A stretch of 64,000 nt of DNA from Octopus vulgaris (lineage: Eukaryota), in contig OX597831.1 of NCBI GenBank assembly GCA_951406725.2, positions 60,264,001 through 60,328,000 on the forward strand, in the 5' to 3' direction. The position numbers and the translations under genes were made by a program. Of this stretch, positions 25,586 to 39,581 are shown piece after piece. The notes under the pieces are model-generated. The model saw only the letters and a program-made list of their open reading frames with translations. It was not told where the DNA came from and did no database searches. The first letter of the stretch is position 1; each line of letters starts with the position of its first letter.

Positions 25586-27195
25586 TTTATTTCAGCATTT
25601 TGAAATGGCCGTGTGAATGTGCATGCGTGTGTATGTATGTGTGTGTGTTTACTTTTGTATATACTATGGACATCCGCACAGGTGCAGATGCCACTAAGTT
25701 TAACAAATTCCATAAAAAAATATATGTCGGTTTCGGCTTACATTAGAACTGATTTGCCCACTTTGACACGCAGTTGAATTCAGCCCCAAAACATTGGGTT
25801 GCAATTCAAGCTTTCTGACACCACATTCACTTCAGCAAAGCAGAATCCTGCAAATTTCCATGACTCAAGTCGTGCAGCAAAATCGCTTAAAACAGTAGAC
25901 AACTGATTAAAAATAATAACAAAAGCAACGACGACCTTGACGACAGCAACGATGATGATGATGATTATAACAGTGGGATTACTAGTAATACTAGTAGTAG
26001 TACCAATAATAATAACAAGTCTTGGATTTGAAGTTAAATAGTGCTGCATATTAAGCAAATTTGTTATAGCGTCGAAGTTTCGACATGGCAATAATGAGAC
26101 TACTCTTTGCCATTAGTACTTCCAGGTCAACCCTGGAAAATGTTAGTAGTAGTAGTAGTTACAACGAAAGTAGGTTAAATATGTTTTTGTATCACTGGAA
26201 ATGACATTACGCGAGATAGAGTCTATGGTACAGACGTTATAGTTTGCTATGTGACTATCTTCAACGTGCATAAGAGAAAACAGAATAGCCAATGTAATTA
26301 TGCTGGTGATAATGATAACACAAATGTTTGGCAGAAACGAGTTCAAAACACATCTATAGTAAAGACGATAATGTTAGTAATGAAAACGACACCAGTAGGT
26401 GTAAAATCTTAGTGAATTTTGAAAATGAATGTGCACAATCACACTCTCTCTCTCTCACTCACACACACACAGATAAACACACATAAATTTACAGATAAAT
26501 ATACACAGATATATACAGGCGCACACGTATGTTCGCATGATACAATACTGAAGTGTTTCTTTTTTTCTTATAATAGTAAAAGTTTTTCAACGATATGGTT
26601 AATGTCTGAGAATGAAGATGAGCTAAATTGCTTTGACGATTTATCTCTGAAAACTATTGAACATTTAATTACTTTGTTTGTTGGTCCCCAACATCATTTA
26701 TCTTCTTTACACAATTTCCTTCTCCAGAGTGACACACATGTTACGCTATCATACATTTGTTTTCGTGGAGATGATACTAGTGTGTGTATATTCATATTTT
26801 TTGTTTCTATTCGGCTATTTTATATATATTTTTTTAAAGATATAACACAATAAACGATAGAGTGCTCACTTTTAAACAATGGCATTGTTTAGTAACGCTA
26901 GAAACCTTTTTAATTGCATCAAAATTAAATCTATCGCAGATGATTGGATGGACTGACCTTTCACACACGTACGGAGGCTTCACGACTGGGGTGTAATGAA
27001 TGCATGGAAAGTACTTCTTTTGGTTTTGTTATAGCTTATAATTATATTGAACTTCTTGAAGGAAAACAATATACCTGAATTGCATTATAATCACTTCCAT
27101 TCATTCATTCATTCATTCAATAACTACCCTCGAGAAAAATAGTCGTTTATCGTTTTTAATTTGAATTTGTTAGCGATATTTAAATAAACGAGAAA

Positions 27196-27198
<3 letters not shown>

Positions 27199-27249
<51 letters not shown>

Positions 27250-27269
27250 CATATATACATACATATATA

Positions 27270-27317
<48 letters not shown>

Positions 27318-27376
27318 GTATATATATAAATATATGTATATATAAATATATATATTTATATACATATATATATATT

Positions 27377-27433
<57 letters not shown>

Positions 27434-27456
27434 ATATATATATGTATATATATGTA

Positions 27457-27495
<39 letters not shown>
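27199..27495. repeat. (TA)n microsatellite
   Basis: Read directly. Confidence 0.97.
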
Positions 27496-27499
<4 letters not shown>

Positions 27500-27787
27500 G
27501 ACATGTTTTTTGTGTTAATAAATACTGTGAATACTTGCGAGCGAACAGTATCATGTGGGAACTTCGGATGGTATTTTCTATAATATTAAGTTACTGTTAG
27601 CTTAATAAACGCGGGTGATATTCAAGTGTGAATTGTTCAGATGTACACGTCTAGCAAATAAAATATTACTGAAGCTCTGTCTTTTTAAAATTATTTCTTA
27701 ATATACGCGAAACCATCCTCGGTATGAACTGATCTTATTTTGATCTCAGCAACATTGTGGTTATTACCTCAAACTTACCGAAATATT

Positions 27788-28291
27788 CTTTTCTACTCTA
27801 GGTACAAGGCCCGATATTTTGAGTAAAGAGACCAGTGGATTAGATCGACCCCAGTACGCAACTGGTGCTTTATTTATTGACCTGGAAAGGATGAAGGGCA
27901 AAGTCGATCTCAACGGAATTTGAACTCAGAACGTAAAGACAGACGAAATACCTATTTCTTTACTACCCACAATGGGCTAAACACAGAGAGAACAAACAAG
28001 GACAGACAAAAAGAATTAAGTCGATTATATCGACCACAGTGCGTAACTGGTACTTATTTAATCGATCCCGAAAGGATGAAAGGCAAAGTCGACCTCGGCG
28101 GAATTTGAAATCAGAACGTGACGGCAGACGGAATACGGCTACGCATTTCACCCGGCGTGCTAACGTTTCTGCCTGCTCGCAGCCTTCAAAACAGACGAAA
28201 TACCTATTTCTTTACAACCCACATGGCAGACTAAATACCGCTAAGTATTTTGCCCGGCATAGTTACGTTCCTGCCAAATCGAAGCCTTAAT
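27788..28291 (-). mobile_element. Three-tier SINE: tail-A host + tail-B stub + full tail-B copy
   Basis: Outer TSD cttaccgaaatatt (27774-27787, 28292-28305); inner duplication acagacgaaatacc (27939-27952, 28191-28204). Confidence 0.88.
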
Positions 28292-28479
28292 CTTACCGAA
28301 ATATTGAAAGATATATCATAAAGTAAACGTACAAGACTGAGCAGGGACTCAGGTTAAAATAAACAATATATATCCCATTTAAATGAAAAATAAAAATATA
28401 TTTTCGGCAAAAAATTCAAATCAATTATATTGAAACATTAAATATTTTCAGCAAACTTCTCGCTGCGTCTCCTTAATAT

Positions 28480-28880
28480 TCGTTTTAAAATTCTACACAA
28501 TGCCAGAGCTTCAGAGGAGGCGGTAAATCAATTAGATTGACCTCTGGTCTCAGCTGGAACTTTTCTTATCGATTATGAAATGGTAAATTGCACAGTCAAC
28601 TTCAGACAAGATGCCCCTAAGAATTTTTTGCGACTTGCTAACTATTCCGCTAGATCGCCACGTTATCTTTGTCTCCTTAATACAGGTTGCAAATTTTGAC
28701 ACAAGAGGAGTTAGGTTTTGTTGATGATATCGATCCCAGTGCTTCACAAGAACTTTTTTTAACCGAATCCAAAATAATGAATGGCAAAGTCGACATCTTT
28801 GAAATTTGAACTCAGAAATTAAGGACTGAATAAAGGCCGCTATGCATTTTGTTTTCCTCATATCATAGTTTTATCTCCTG
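28480..28880 (-). mobile_element. Two old, degraded copies of the same SINE superfamily
   Basis: atcgatcccagtg...gaatggcaaagtcgac...aatttgaactcagaa is still recognisable. Confidence 0.55.
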
Positions 28881-29022
28881 AATATTGACACAAACTTCGC
28901 AACGTTATGTTGAGCTCATGGCTAGTTTATTAAACACACACAACACACACACACACAGACATATACATACTTACATGCATATGTACATGCATGCATACAT
29001 ACATACATACATATATACATAC

Positions 29023-29090
<68 letters not shown>

Positions 29091-29288
29091 GTGTGTGTGT
29101 ATGTGTGCGTGTGTGTGTGAGTGGTTTAGAGGTTGAGAAACCAACTAAGGGATGGTACCTATCCAATATACTATTGGTAGTTTGCCCAATTATTCATGGT
29201 CAAGTACTAATTATTGCATGGCAGTCTCGCAATTGAGTATTATATATGGGCGCAGGTAAAAAAAAATTGATTTTATCCATGATTTATA

Positions 29289-29677
29289 CGGCAAGTAACA
29301 AGACGGAGAGGATATAAAATCGACAGATATCAACCGGTAAACATTCAATTCTGTCTATTTATTTAATTGTATCGGTTGAATATACACACACATGCATGAG
29401 TGATATGGATTAACGGGTGAGAAAAGATGGTAACTGCATAGACAAGGGTGTGTATACATACAAGTATATAGAAACAAATGAGCAAAAATATAAATGGGTG
29501 TGCAAGTACTGTACACCCATTTATATTTTTGCTCGTGCAAATAACCAGCTTTTTACCACTCAATCTGTATCACTCATACATGTCTGTGTATTCATCCAAT
29601 ACAAGTGAATAGACATAACTGAATGTTTACTGGCTGATGTCTGTCGATTTTCTATCCTCTCCGTCTTCCTACTTGCC

Positions 29678-29678
<1 letters not shown>
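29289..29678. mobile_element. 390-bp fold-back MITE with TA TSD
   Basis: cggcaagtaacaagacggagaggata... / ...tatcctctccgtcttcctacttgccg; arms pair to a central gagcaaaaatataaatgggtgt/acacccatttatatttttgctc stem. Confidence 0.9.
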
Positions 29679-29739
<61 letters not shown>

Positions 29740-29769
29740 GTACATGCTTACATACACATACACACACAT

Positions 29770-29845
<76 letters not shown>

Positions 29846-29856
29846 ATATATATGTA

Positions 29857-29905
<49 letters not shown>

Positions 29906-29910
<5 letters not shown>

Positions 29911-30135
29911 GGCGAGCTGGAAGAAACATTAGCATGCCGAGCGAAATACTTACCAGTATTTTGTCTGCCGGTACGTTCTGAGTTCAAATTCCGCCGAGGT
30001 CGACTTTGCCTTTCATCCTTTCGTGGTCGATTAAATAAGTACCACTTACGTATTGGGGTTGATGTAATCGATTTAGTCCCTTTGTCTGTCCTTTTTTGTA
30101 CCCCTCTATGTTTAGACCCTTGTGGGCAATAAAGA

Positions 30136-30137
<2 letters not shown>
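29906..30137 (+). mobile_element. Tail-B SINE monomer in (TA)n
   Basis: Head, central domain, tail B ending aataaagaat-tgtata. Confidence 0.9.
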
Positions 30138-30193
<56 letters not shown>

Positions 30194-32694
30194 TGTGTGT
30201 GTGTTTATACATGCATAAATATTATTGTGTTACAGTACATCGAACTGTCTCCACACCAGATTATTTCATGGCACGTCACATAACAGATTATTCTGCTATT
30301 AAATACCAGAAAGTTACAATATAGTCACAATTTGGGAGAAATGAATTATATAAATACCCTACAATTGCTAAAGATATAGCGTACAACGTGTGTGACACTA
30401 GGTGGATAAATAAAAAAAGATGAAAATGTTGTAAATTCCCAAAATATAAAGTAAACTATTAAAAGTATTGTTTGGCATAGAATTCCTTACTAAAACTATG
30501 CTAAAGGCTGCTATCCCAGTGGATGGAGAACTCTTATAGAAAAACTTGCAGTATTTTTATCACTATGTTTGTATGAAGCATTTGCACGAACTTACTGCTA
30601 TGCTATCAAAATATCTGAAAAGTGTGACAGGTCTTATTCGAGCAGTCAGCGCTGAACACAAATAATCTGTGTAGGTGTCTAACTGTTTTAGCAGAGACTG
30701 ATCGCGTTTCATACATCGAAATCGACGGAAAACTTTGCAATAATACACACACGAACAAACACACACACATGTGTGCGCGCGTTAGTCTTTTTCGCAAATA
30801 CGGACTCAAAATTCCCCGTGCAGACAATATGCTGAGCATAATTTCTGAGATTCTTCCATACAGTAAGTAAAATTATACGCCACATTCCTCGACAATGCAC
30901 GAGTCATATGATATGAAACATTTTCATATTTACTATTCGTTCATAATATTTTTAAACATTATACTCAGGAAATGTACCCAATGCAATATCACTTAACTTT
31001 CACTCTTCAAATTAGAAAATTATATATTATTCATGTCAGACATCTCTTAGTTTCTCATATTTACTAGTCGCTTCATTGTAACAGTTCTATAAAACATTGC
31101 ATAATCAGTGTTTTTCTTTAGTCTAGCACTGCAATGATATTTAGAGTATCCGTAGTATAATTTGTCAATGTATTTGAATTTATGAACTTATACACATTAC
31201 AGAATATTATCTAATGAATACATTTTGTAGTGTTTGAAAAAATACCGTAGTTCCTCTGCTAAACATATCGGAAACTTAACATAGAATTAGACATTTGCTT
31301 TTTTTTTCCTTTATTGATATTAATGCCAAATTTATTCAACGAGCATTCATTATTATGATCTCTCATCAACAGAATTTCAATGCAAATTGCTCAGCAAGCA
31401 CAAACTTTCCGAATAGCTTTAAAAACAGTTGTTCATATTTTATGAAGACACAAATTTGTTATACGGAACTATAGTAATTCCGCCCGACGACTGACCGTGA
31501 AAATACCATTGTTTTTTTAATGCTCAATGTCCTGTATTATCTTTTATGACCGGACAACAGTAATATTCATACATAAAATATTCTTTATTTCATTCAGCAA
31601 CCATATATAGCAATGTGATAGATAACATACATGTATAGCTTTCCATTCAATGAACAAGTAAGCGACAATAACCGATGGAACATATAGAATATCACTATAA
31701 GTTGAGTATATGATATTTCTAATTGATTCTTACACAAATGAAAAGTTAATATATAACTGTAAAATGTGAGAACGAAAAACAGAAGTAGATATGTGAAAAG
31801 AAGTTGTAGAGTCTATGACCAATTATTAGACTGCGCTATGATGAGAATATATATTTGATTATTTCATAATAGGAGCTTCAATAATAGCAATACTCGGTTA
31901 AGTAGCCAACTATAAAACGTAGTGGAAATCCTACACCTCATGATGTTGATATCAGCAAATCGACTGACACATTTCGTATTAAAATATTGCTATTGTCAAG
32001 TCCCTTAAGGGGAATAAATATCAACAAACGAATCACTCTTGAAAAGAACTGATTTACATTTATATGGAATATATTGATAGAAAACAGGAAATACAGGAAA
32101 AATATACGCAGTGATATGAGAAACAAATATCCGTCAAATGTAAATAACGTAAATAATGTGAATATGAGAATTTTTTCCCCAAATCTGCTTGTCTTAATTA
32201 TATAACGATTGAAAACAATCAGATCAGTTTCTCTAAATTCAACTGAATATGCCTTTATTGCATATTACATAAAAGTAAGGATATTCCTTTTCTTAATTGT
32301 GCTCATTATCGATCATTTGGAAATTAAAATATCGCAGACGCCTCCTTGAATAAATGAATGTATTATACTTATAAAATAACTCATTTGTAACGGGAGTAAC
32401 TTAGTGATTGAATAGATGTACAGGATTTTATTTAAGATCTCATTCAGTAAAATTACTCATATGGAAAACGATTGCATGTTTAGTGCTAAACAAACTTCTT
32501 TAAATTGGCAGTAGTTTTATTCTATTCATATCTGTTTGCAAATATATGGTAAAATATCATAAGATATTTGGTAACAGGCTTCCGCTTTCTACATTTGATT
32601 TTACGTTCATTATCATATTTAGTTTTCGAAATTAGAACGCACTCATAATTTATTGACCATTAGTGTTCATATTATTCTATATTTTTGAGATCAG

Positions 32695-34390
32695 GAATTA
32701 CGTACACTATTTACATTGGACGGATAGGTGCCCTCATCGTTTTGGTTGTTACCACATTTCGACTGATGTACTCTCCAGCCTTTATCAGGTTTTCTCATGG
32801 AATTTCGAACCGAACCTTTTATTTGACTAATGATGTGCTCTCTTCTCATTCTTAAGTTATTCTTTTCTTTTTTTCTGCTCATGTTACTTTTTGTAAAGGG
32901 TCGGCATGTCATTCACTGTGCCCCTGCCTTTTGACTATAATCACTGCATTAGCAGGTAAGTAAACATCGTATGTGAAGAATTCCGCTCACTTCACAGAGT
33001 TGATCACGGACACCCCCATTGGGTCCAACTAGATGGTAAGTGTAGATGTGACAAGTCTGTTTACCAAAGTCCAAACTAATGAATCACTAGCAGTCATTCA
33101 ACACAAACTAGTGCTGGATACCTGTCTAAAAGAATGCACTCGTATGTCAAGAGGAAACACGATGGAAATGTTGACATTCTGCATAGTAACTACCTACTTC
33201 AGAATGGATACTGATATATATCCACAGTAAGAGTGTTTAGCTATGGGTTCGCCATCATCACCAGTTACAGCAAATCTATACATGGAATACTTTGAGAATT
33301 TGGCCTTAGGATTATCACGACTAAATCCAACACCATGACTTCTATATGTTGATGATATCTTTATACTCTGGTGCAACCAGGAAGATGTCCAGATACTGCT
33401 AAATCACGTGAACACAATAAAGCCATCCATACACTTCACAATGGAAAAGGAAAATGACTATCAGCTTGCATTCCTGGCTGTATTAATAACATGCACTGAA
33501 TATCGGTCCGTATGCCGTAAGCCAACCTTCACTGGAGGATACTTCAACTTTAAATCCCACCATCCATACAGTATAAAGAGAGAGATTGCTCAGTACTTAA
33601 AATATCGAGCAAAGACAAAAAGTAGTGATCCTGATACACATAGACACCACGAACAAAAATATGGAACAAACGCAACAACTACCCTTAAAACATGCTATCC
33701 ACTCCAATGAGGAACAGAGAGAGAGAGAGGAGAAAACCCTAAAGTGACCACAGTCTGTTTACCCTATTTCAAGGCCTCTTGGAAAAATTACAAAACATGT
33801 GCGGTTCATATGGCATCAGGAAAGTATTCTCAGGTAACACAATTCTTCGTAAATATCTTCACCGAGTAAAATAAGCCATAGACGAGAATATGACCAAAAA
33901 CTGCGTGTACTCCATCCCATGCAATTACGGTAGTTTATACAAAGGTGAAACATGTTGCCCACTTAAAATAAGGGTGGAGAAATATCGTGAAGCTGTGACG
34001 CGAAGAGATGTCGAAAAATCGGATATAGCCGAACAAATATGAAAAAACGGAGACTACCTCTTCCTGTGGGATGAAGTTAATAAATAAATAAATAATAGAC
34101 GGAGAACACCACTGGCAAATGCGAAAATTAAAAGAGGTAGTAAGTATGCTAGGACACAATTATCTTCTAAGCAGACATACTGCTGATATTAAGGTAATAT
34201 GAGAACCGATATCAAGAAAAGAGAAAGTATTAGGTGTATATGCCCAAAATTTAATCTTAGGAATGAGAACAAAGGGTTGGGTTCGAAAATCCATCAGAAC
34301 ACCCGATGAAGGCTTGGAGTACATCAGCCAAAACGTTGCTGTAATAACAAACAAGGTGAGGACACCTTTCCTTCCATTGTACATATTTAT
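32695..34390 (+). mobile_element. Penelope-like element (Poseidon-type) with inverted 5' pLTR and 3' pLTR
   Basis: The reverse complement of 32695-32822 matches 34270-34385; RT and GIY-YIG remnants lie between them. Confidence 0.9.
32960..34225 (+). pseudogene. Penelope-like RT + GIY-YIG endonuclease pseudogene
   Basis: MVSVDVTSLFT, LAMGSPSSPVTANLYME, YVDDIF, FTMEKE..LAFL, RKPT..SHHP, CVYSIPC..YKGET..LKIRV; in-frame stops. Confidence 0.92.
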
Positions 34391-34642
34391 TGTTCATCTT
34401 GTAGACATCTTTTCCCGCCTAAAATTATGAAACTGACACGATGATTATCTTCCAGCAGATCTGTTAAGACTCAGTTAAATCACCAAACACATTTCAAACA
34501 GCAAGTCCAGTTTCTTTTATGGAAGCAACGGTGCTAATTTCTCCACTCTCAGAAATTACAAATTGCCAAGTAATATTAATATATATATGTTTATTCCATT
34601 CATTGTTTCTCTCTCTCTCTCTCCTCTCTCTCTCTCCCTCTT

Positions 34643-34700
<58 letters not shown>

Positions 34701-34947
34701 TGCAAACCTTACAGATGGGCTGCTAAATTAAAATGTATATGTTGTATTTAGGGAAAAGTAAATCATGATAAACTGCAACACCCTCTGTCGTTAGACTACC
34801 GTGATGTTCGTTTAGAAAACAAAGATCATAACTGTGATAAAATAATGAAAGTAATATTTACTAAGCAAGTGATCACTATTAAACAAACAAATAATTAGGC
34901 GTAAAATATTAATAAAATATTAGAAATGTGAAAATATTATCATGGGA

Positions 34948-37137
34948 CTAGCAGAAAACTGCCCGGAGGGCGGTCTTTCTGCTCCTATGTTTCTAGATAC
35001 GTATTTCGGGCAATTTGTTCAAAATGGTTCACTTTTCTCAAATCTACATATGTTGTTGCTAAATTAAAAGCAGTAATTTATTTACATGAGCTTGCTTCAA
35101 TTGGACAAATTGTTGGGAGACCAATCCATCTGACAATTATCGTGGATTGGTATTCGATCACCGTGATGTCGCATAATGCCAATTTGTACTTAGTCAACCG
35201 TAGCACAGCTAATATGCTGGTAAGATTTCAAATGGCCATAAACATAGCATATTCTTTTAATTGTTTCGGTCAGTTGATTGCAGCCATTCCGGAGCAGCCT
35301 TTTGATTGTTGTTTTCTTTTGCATAAGGTCCTTGTTTTGTTATTAACAAACTATCCTTTGTGTGAAAAGTCTGGCTGCATACACGTTAGCATATGTCAGG
35401 TGCATACAACTAACAACACAGTTAATTAAGATTTATTCAGTGAATTCTATTCAACACATGATTACACGTAGAATTAGCAGAATCATTATTAACTTTAAAT
35501 GGCTTGCAGGCGAGGTGAACAAATTAGTGAGAGAGAGATAGACTGGCATTACTTCTACGCTACCAGCAAATTAAAGATGGGGTCGCAAATGAAACGGTGA
35601 GTGATCTTTGCAATGCCTTTCAAGTAGACCGCAATATACCAGCGCGAATTTATACAAATGCAACTCTTCGTGGAACAATACAGCCAAAACAAGGTTCTGG
35701 GCGACCAATCCTTGTCAAAAATGCTGCTATGCAAGAAAGAATGGTCAATGCTATTCGTGAAAGGCGTACTGCAACCAGTAGACAACTTGGTAGAGACTTG
35801 GGATGTACAGCAAACATAATGAATTTTGTGTTTACTTTTGTTTCATAATATATATTTTTTCGGATGCAACAAGACTTTTCACACAAAGGTAGTATTTATT
35901 TATAAGTAATTAATAAATATGGATATGATATAGAACAAAAATAAATTATTATTTTATGATATATATAAATTGTGTAATTGAAGTGTGATAAGAGCTCAGT
36001 TTCAAACGAACCAGCATGAGAGGATGCTACTAGATTAATCTTTCTTTCCTACGGGTTCGCATTTAATACATTCCTAGAATAACGGTGTTAATAGAGTTAA
36101 CAATGCTTCGCTCGTGAACATTTGTCACGCCAGAGATTTAAAAAGCGATTTAAACTACGTGTCCATGTCATACCTGTTGTGCTACAGCGCTTTTTAAACA
36201 ACAGGGAGATATTTATTAATGGTTTATTATATTTAATGGGAGTAAGGTAACAGGAGAATGAAGCGAAGAGAAGAATATATGCATTGTCCACGTTGTTTAC
36301 GCATTTGTTGTTTTTATAAATAAATGAAATTGAAAGTTTACTGATGGTGATAAATGTGAAAAGAATCAGATGAAGATATACTTAGTAATACATTACATAC
36401 ATTCTCAATTCTTGTATTCTCCGTTTCTCTAGTGAACTGTGCAAAAGCATAATACACCATGCTGCTAAAAGTTGGTTATTAATCACAATTATCATGAAGT
36501 TAGAATCGCCATATACACATAACTGGCTGAAATAAATATAATAGAAATAAAACAAAATCTGTAATTAATTATTCACACACTTTAGATAGATTGAAATGTT
36601 GTGGCATCTGTATTTCAATAGCGTGTAGGAGGAAAACGCATGCGTAGATATAACTTCTTAGTCTATTTAGGAGAATCATTCGTAACAAGCTGTAATTCAA
36701 ACATTTGAAACGGACCAACAAACAAGATTTACGTGAGAAAGCAATAAGGTCACACACCTCATGGAGTAATGACACAAAACTCTTCTCTAGATTATCATAG
36801 CGAATAAACGAATACGGATAACAACATATAGCAGTAAAATGTTGTGAAACGAGACATAAAACAGGCCTGCTTTTATGCGCAAACTGCACGTGCATTTTTC
36901 TCGCGTACGCGTAGTATCGATAGCAAAAGCTGATGTACTTGCGCGTACAAATGCACGTTCCCACGGCTTTATCGATCGCATTGCACCTGGAATCGATTTT
37001 TGCAATTTGTTCAAGACTTATACACGCCCAGATACCGTCGGTATTTACATATCAAATTTGAGCGCAGTCGGATGGAGGATGCCCTGGATCCTAGAAGACA
37101 CACACACAGACAGAAAGAACGGATTTTATATAATAGA
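34948..37137 (-). mobile_element. Non-autonomous Helitron, ~2.2 kb, with internal cargo
   Basis: Minus strand A|TC at 37137 and CTAG|T at 34948, with subterminal hairpin ctgccc-gga-gggcgg; pairing of the two ends is inferred. Confidence 0.7.
35354..35889 (+). mobile_element. Internally deleted Tc1/mariner-superfamily element nested in the Helitron
   Basis: TIRs cctttgtgtgaaaagtctggctgcat / atgcaacaagacttttcacacaaagg, TA flanks; retains transposase N-terminus (ATG 35499; GSGRP..RQLGRDLG). Confidence 0.8.
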
Positions 37138-39329
37138 TATGTAATTGTTTACATGATAGACTGAAGTCGTTTTTCCTGAACGGCGTCATTTATTTCTTTT
37201 CAATATTTTTTTTTTGTATGTTTAGCCATGCAAAACTAAAAGCAGCTACAAATTTTGTATTCCAAGAAAAAGAAGAAACGCGCCCGTAGAATTAAATAAC
37301 TGCTGGCCGATTTGATTATTTTCTTTCTATATACACTGACTAAAACAAAATATTGTGTGGAACACCTTTACGTGGCCAGCGCAGAATATTGAAGATTTTT
37401 AAACAAAATTTCATGATATCATAACCCTTCACGTATCTAAGTTTTCCATGTATCAGTTTGGATATTGGTCCATTATTGGCTCTCAACCGAAATTTAATCG
37501 TTAGCTAAGATACCAAGAAATCAATCATACAAAACTAGAAAAGGTGTAAAATAATTACCGGAGTAACCACAAGGTTTTCAGTATTTACTACGTAAAAAAT
37601 AACCTAGTAACTATATCAATTCGAGTAGAATTTTTCGAAACGTAATACGATTTTACTTAGTATTCAAGCAAAGCAGAAGATACATTTCTAATTTGATGTC
37701 ATAATTTAAATACATGTGTTCTTAAATAGCCTTATTTGCACAATAATTTATGTTTATTATTGAAGATTTCCAAATTAACAAAAATGACAAACAAATCTGA
37801 CAGAAACTGGATACTTTTACTGTCGATTTTTGGATAGCTAGAACCAATATTGAAAGAAGTTTAACAAATTTGTTTCTAGAGAATTCACTCTCCTTGTCAC
37901 ATCAAAAAAAAGGAGAAAAAATATCAATTGCAAAATCTGGAAACTTTTCGATATGATTTGCTGCTGCAGTAGCTGCAATATTACTACTACTATCAGCGGT
38001 GGTGGTAGTAGTAGTAGTAGTGACTTTTTTCTTGCTTTCAGAATCATACACATATAAAGCGCCGAGGAAATGTATGTGAAAGTAATTGAAAATATTTGGA
38101 ACAGTATGAAGCTGACACTGACAAAAAATAAAATGACCAGAATATAATAATAGTTTACGGTATACCGGCTTAATGTGTCAAATTAAATGACAATACATTA
38201 AGTGTATTTTTATCGTGAAATTAGCTCGCTTTAGTCCTATAGTACTCTGTATATTTATTGATTTTATATGAACGTGAGAAATGTTCACTGGAATTTTGAA
38301 ATATTTTGACCTGTTCCAAATATTAATTTAACCAAAAAAAACTTCGGAGCAGAAAGAATTACAAATCGCGGATCATGTATTCATGCCTCTGCCTTTTCAT
38401 TAGACACCTCAGAATAGTTTTTCATAATTTTAGATATATTATTTCCGCCCTGACTTCAAATTTCTTTGTTTCGTTCCATATGCTTTCTATATGAATATTT
38501 ATACGTAATTTTATGGGATATACTGCTGCTTCAACCAATAAGATTTCTATACTTTCAAGCAGTTTTCTGAAGCGTACGCAGTTTTATTAATTCATACACA
38601 CCACGAACACATTCACACGCAGACACACAAAGAAACAAACTCAGATACACACACAAACACATAGACGCACACGCACACATACATAGATGCATGTACAAAC
38701 GTGTGAGTGCGTTTATATATATTTGTGCGTGTGAGTGCATGTGACAGAGAGGTGTGGCCTTTCTCCCTCCACTCCATCTAACTCAACTGTCTCTCTCATT
38801 TATCCTCTCGTTTTCTTCTCACACTATTCTGGTATGGATATCTAAATGTACCTATCTGCACACTGTTATATATATACGGCACTGCATTATACGATATTGT
38901 ATTTTTGCCATTGAAGACAGCCAGCTGCATTGTGTTGCATAATAAGGCATTTAGGGCCACGTAATTAACGGCAGCCGGATTTCTCAAAAGCGTATGCATC
39001 ATAAAAAACATAAATAATTTTCCATACATCATGCGTAACTTGTGTGAATATATGTATATATATTTGTGAGTGTGTGTGTGTGCGGGTATTATATATATAC
39101 ATATTATATATAATGGTATATTTATGTATTTGGGTAGATAGATAGGTATCTGCATCTGTATATATGTGAATAGACTCACACATAGATATACGTATATATG
39201 CGTAAACACATACCCGTGCACGTATAAGTACTTGCTTATGAATGTAAAAATCTAACCATTTGCTTACCTGTTCCAATATTTCCCTCTTTCTCTCTCACAC
39301 TGACTATATGAATCTATCTAAATATATAC

Positions 39330-39385
39330 CTATATGTATGTGTGTGTACATATACATATATATATGTATGTACATATATATGTCC

Positions 39386-39432
<47 letters not shown>

Positions 39433-39485
39433 TATATATGTCCGTATATATATATATATATATATATATGTACGTATATATGTCC

Positions 39486-39581
<96 letters not shown>

